Source: Gekko japonicus (lineage: Eukaryota). Taken from it: a DNA stretch of 64,000 nucleotides. Position numbers and translations under genes: made by a program. Positions 61,111 to 64,000 of this stretch are shown piece by piece. Below the pieces are notes generated by a model that was given only the letters and a program-made list of their open reading frames with translations, was not told the origin of the DNA and did not search any database. The stretch covers positions 75,400 to 139,399 of the forward strand of contig NW_015163109.1 of NCBI RefSeq assembly GCF_001447785.1, given 5' to 3'. Numbering within the stretch: position 1 is the first letter of the stretch; every line of letters starts with the position of its first letter.

Positions 61111-62340
61111 TTCCTTTTCTTTGGATTACCATCATCAGGATCATGATATATAAGGAAGACACACTGACATGTCTTTTTGATCTGTCCTGGTGAGTGCTTT
61201 TCCACAACTAGGGCTTGGGTCTGTTTTGGCTAGAGATGTGAAGTTGCAGGAAAACTGTCAGGAAACAAAGCACATTTGTGTGGCAACAGAATTTTAAGAC
61301 ATTTTACCTCTCTTTAGCTGCCAGCCAGAGTGGCTGTACTTTCTATATTCCACGTGGTTGCACTTTTTGTACAAGCACCATGGATACATTCAGCCAACCC
61401 CCCCCCCCAACAATTCTCTGAAAAACTTCCTTAAAAGCTAGAGACTAAGCCTATATCCATGACCATGTCGCTACACATTTGCAGTTGATGTGATAAAATC
61501 CTCATTATTGGACAAGATGATAACAGATAGCAAAGCTTTGTGAGCTCACCCAGGGGTAGTTTGCGTCTGTGCAGAAGGGTGGGGGTGGGGCTACAAATGC
61601 ATGCATTTCTGGCAGGGTCAAGAAGTAGTGTTGAAGTTGGTGTAGTTTTCACTTCGATATCAGAAAGAAGAACCAACTGTTGGGGAAAAGAACGAAGGAC
61701 TAGATCCCCGGGATCCATTTGCCAACAGTGGCACACTGCCCTGGTGTGAGGAGCCTTCCCTTGGGCAAGAGCTGGTTCTCTGCACCAGGTGAAAATTCCA
61801 TCATGAGCAAAATGAATCCACTCTGGAAGTACATCTCCAGGGAGATGGGATGAGCCAACTGCAAGGGATGGCTCGGAGAATTAATCATTCAAGCTGCCAG
61901 TAGGTGCTCATTGCCCAATGTGGAAGCTTCTTTTTGGCAGATAATTGGGATTCTGAAAACACCACTTTTGCTACCTCAAAAGGAAATGTTCTGTCCTGGG
62001 ACTGTAGAAGTTGTTTGAAAGCATTTTGTGGTGTGCAGTGAAGTCCCAAAGTAGAAACTAAGGAAGTTTTGATAGAGGCTTTTCAAGAAGCACTTCTGTG
62101 CCATGCCTAATCCTCTAATGCTTGTCCCAAGAGTGCTGTTTTTCTGCTGCTTTTGGTAGAAGAACTATGTAATTCCATCCCACAGGTCTTTCACTTGTCC
62201 ATTTGTCTTCTAGCATTCCATTCCTTAAGCCAGCAGTTCCCAGCCGTTTTGATGTAGTGACACACAAGTCCAAACTTACTTGGTATGGTGACCTATCCAA
62301 GGTTGGCCCAAGGGTGGTTTTTTTGTTTTTGTTTTTTGGT

Positions 62341-62566
62341 GCCCTATGCAAACTACGGATGGCCCAGGTTATCCTGATCTCATCAGATCTCGGAAGCTAA
62401 GCAGGGTTGACCCTGGTTAGTATTTGGATAGGAGACCACCAAGGAAATCCAGGGTCACCCCACAGAGGCAGGCAATGGCAAACTACCTCTAAACGTCTCT
62501 TCCCTTGAAAACCCTGTGGTGTCACCGTAAGTCGGCTGTGGCTTGATGGCACTTTCCACCACCACC
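62341..62566 (+). mobile_element. 5S rRNA-derived SINE
   Basis: GATCTCGGAAGCTAAGCAGGG..CCTGGTTAGTATTTGGATAGGAGACCACC; tail GTCACCGTAAGTCGG..GGCACTTTCCACCACCACC. Confidence 0.8.
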
Positions 62567-63119
62567 AGGCAGACTATGACCTTGGCATCCATCTAGTTCA
62601 GCATTCCATTTTCTATGATGGCTAACCAAAAGTTTTTTGAGAAACCCACAAATATCACACAAAGGGCACGGCTTCCCCTACTATGAATCCCAAGCAAGTG
62701 GCATTCCAACATACACAGCCTTTGCAGACAGAGGTTACGTTCCAGCCACTGACCACCCTCTCCTTCTCCATTACTCCATCTAATCCCCCCTAAGATTCTA
62801 AGCAACTCACTTTACGAATCATCAGGACATGTTTTACTTGATCAACGTCTATATGCAGTGAAGAAAAAACACCAACTAATGTATGATGTAGAAGATACTG
62901 TTTCCAAGGTCAGATCTTTGTTTCCAAAATACAAAAGAGAGCAGTGGAAAGGGGCAGGGATGGCCTTTGGGGAGGGCTGGCCTGCAACCCACTTTTGGGT
63001 CCTGAGTCTGACCTACGTGTTGGGGAACAGTGCCTTAATTGAACTAGTGGTCTTCAGAAACATGGTGATTGCAATTATGAGGTTGCTCACAGTCTAAAAT
63101 ACTTTAATATCTTTTGCAG

Positions 63120-63160
63120 CTTGGATTAGAAAAAGGAGAAAGGATCCACCTACCATTGAG
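63120..63160 (+). CDS. NDUFAF2: NDUFAF2 coding exon 3
   Basis: CTTTTGCAG| acceptor; (A)WIRKRRKDPPTIE (human AWIRRTRKTPPTME); donor GAG|GTAAGA; 41 nt. Confidence 0.94.
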
Positions 63161-63836
63161 GTAAGAGATGAAATACTTTTTGTATCAACCTCAGCTGGAT
63201 TTCATTTGACTAAGGAGTTCAATCAGAAAGTGGTCTTGAACAGCTTTTATCACTCTGGCTTGAATATATCAGTTACTTTAATTCATGGGTAGAAGTGGGA
63301 ATCGTACTATTGGGTGGTGCCTGATGAGAAAATTTAGTTGCACTTAAATGGCCTAATGTAATAGGAGACGTGATGAATTCCTTGTTATTAAAAACTATTT
63401 AGAAAGGAGCAGATATTCCTGAAATGGCTGTAATGAATATTCTGAAACTAAAGATGCAATAATTTCCTCACCTCTCGGAAGCTGTCATTAAGTTGCAGTC
63501 CTCTAAACCAGTTACCAACATATTTACCAGGACAGCAAAACAAATTAGATTAATATTTCACAGAGCTATTGAAATGGCACTTTTCATAGCATTAACATGC
63601 TCCCTGTAAACGTATGCTCACCCAGAGAAATAAAACTGAAATAAATGCATCAAAAGAACAGCTTTAACAGGGCATTGGGGAAGCACAGAATCTGTATCCT
63701 CAAATCTAGCTAAAACTGCATTTAAGTACATGACGAATACAAATTGTATGTTGGTAAAAATTTCCAGGACAAGCAGATGAGTGGAAGCATCCAGGCCTTT
63801 TCCTGTCTCCCCTTTCCAGCTCACTTACCTCCATAG

Positions 63837-64000
63837 GGAGCCAGTGTGGTATAGTGGTTAGGAGCGGCAGACTGTAATTTGAAGAACCGGGTTTGATCCC
63901 CTGCTCCTCTACATGAAGCCAGCTGGGTGGCCTTGGGTCAGTCACAGTTCTCTCAGAGCTCTTTCAGCCCCACCTACCTCACAGGGTGTCTGTTGTGGGG
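63837..64000 (+). mobile_element. Squam3-like SINE (runs off the window)
   Basis: GGAGCCAGTGTGGTATAGTGGTTAGGAGCGGCAGAC..CCCCACCTACCTCACAGGGTGTCTGTTGTGGGG. Confidence 0.8.

Noticed and set aside
61400-61900. Possible ancient SINE or processed pseudogene
   Set aside because: No family or protein motif I could support
62375-62440. 5S rRNA gene
   Set aside because: Partial, diverged and fused to a SINE body and tail; the same holds at 2660 and 22930

Overview
Vertebrate genomic DNA from a squamate reptile, probably a gecko judging from the repeat content (inference). It holds the head-to-head gene pair ERCC8/CSA (minus strand, coding exons 1-3; the gene continues off the left edge) and NDUFAF2 (plus strand, coding exons 1-3; exon 4 lies beyond the right edge). 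Their start codons are 490 bp apart across a CpG-rich bidirectional promoter. The rest is intronic (NDUFAF2 intron 1 is 45.6 kb) and dense with CR1, L2, RTE/BovB and Penelope fragments, Sauria, Squam3-like and 5S-derived SINEs, hAT- and Harbinger-like MITEs and an LTR/gag fragment. Most notable are two different L1-type retro-insertions, each bounded by a target-site duplication (TSD), that carry ORF1 and a polyadenylated 3' UTR but no ORF2 (half-L1-like). Other notable items: an inverted Sauria SINE pair with a 122-bp perfectly homogenised tract, a Sauria SINE with twin-priming-like inversion, a chimeric Sauria-head/L2-tail element, a 27-nt tailless U6 retrocopy, Penelope hammerhead motifs and a MER121-like candidate conserved element. 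There are two assembly gaps (20573-20582, 47296-47734). Repeat family names come from recalled consensus features, not database searches, and most repeat boundaries are approximate.
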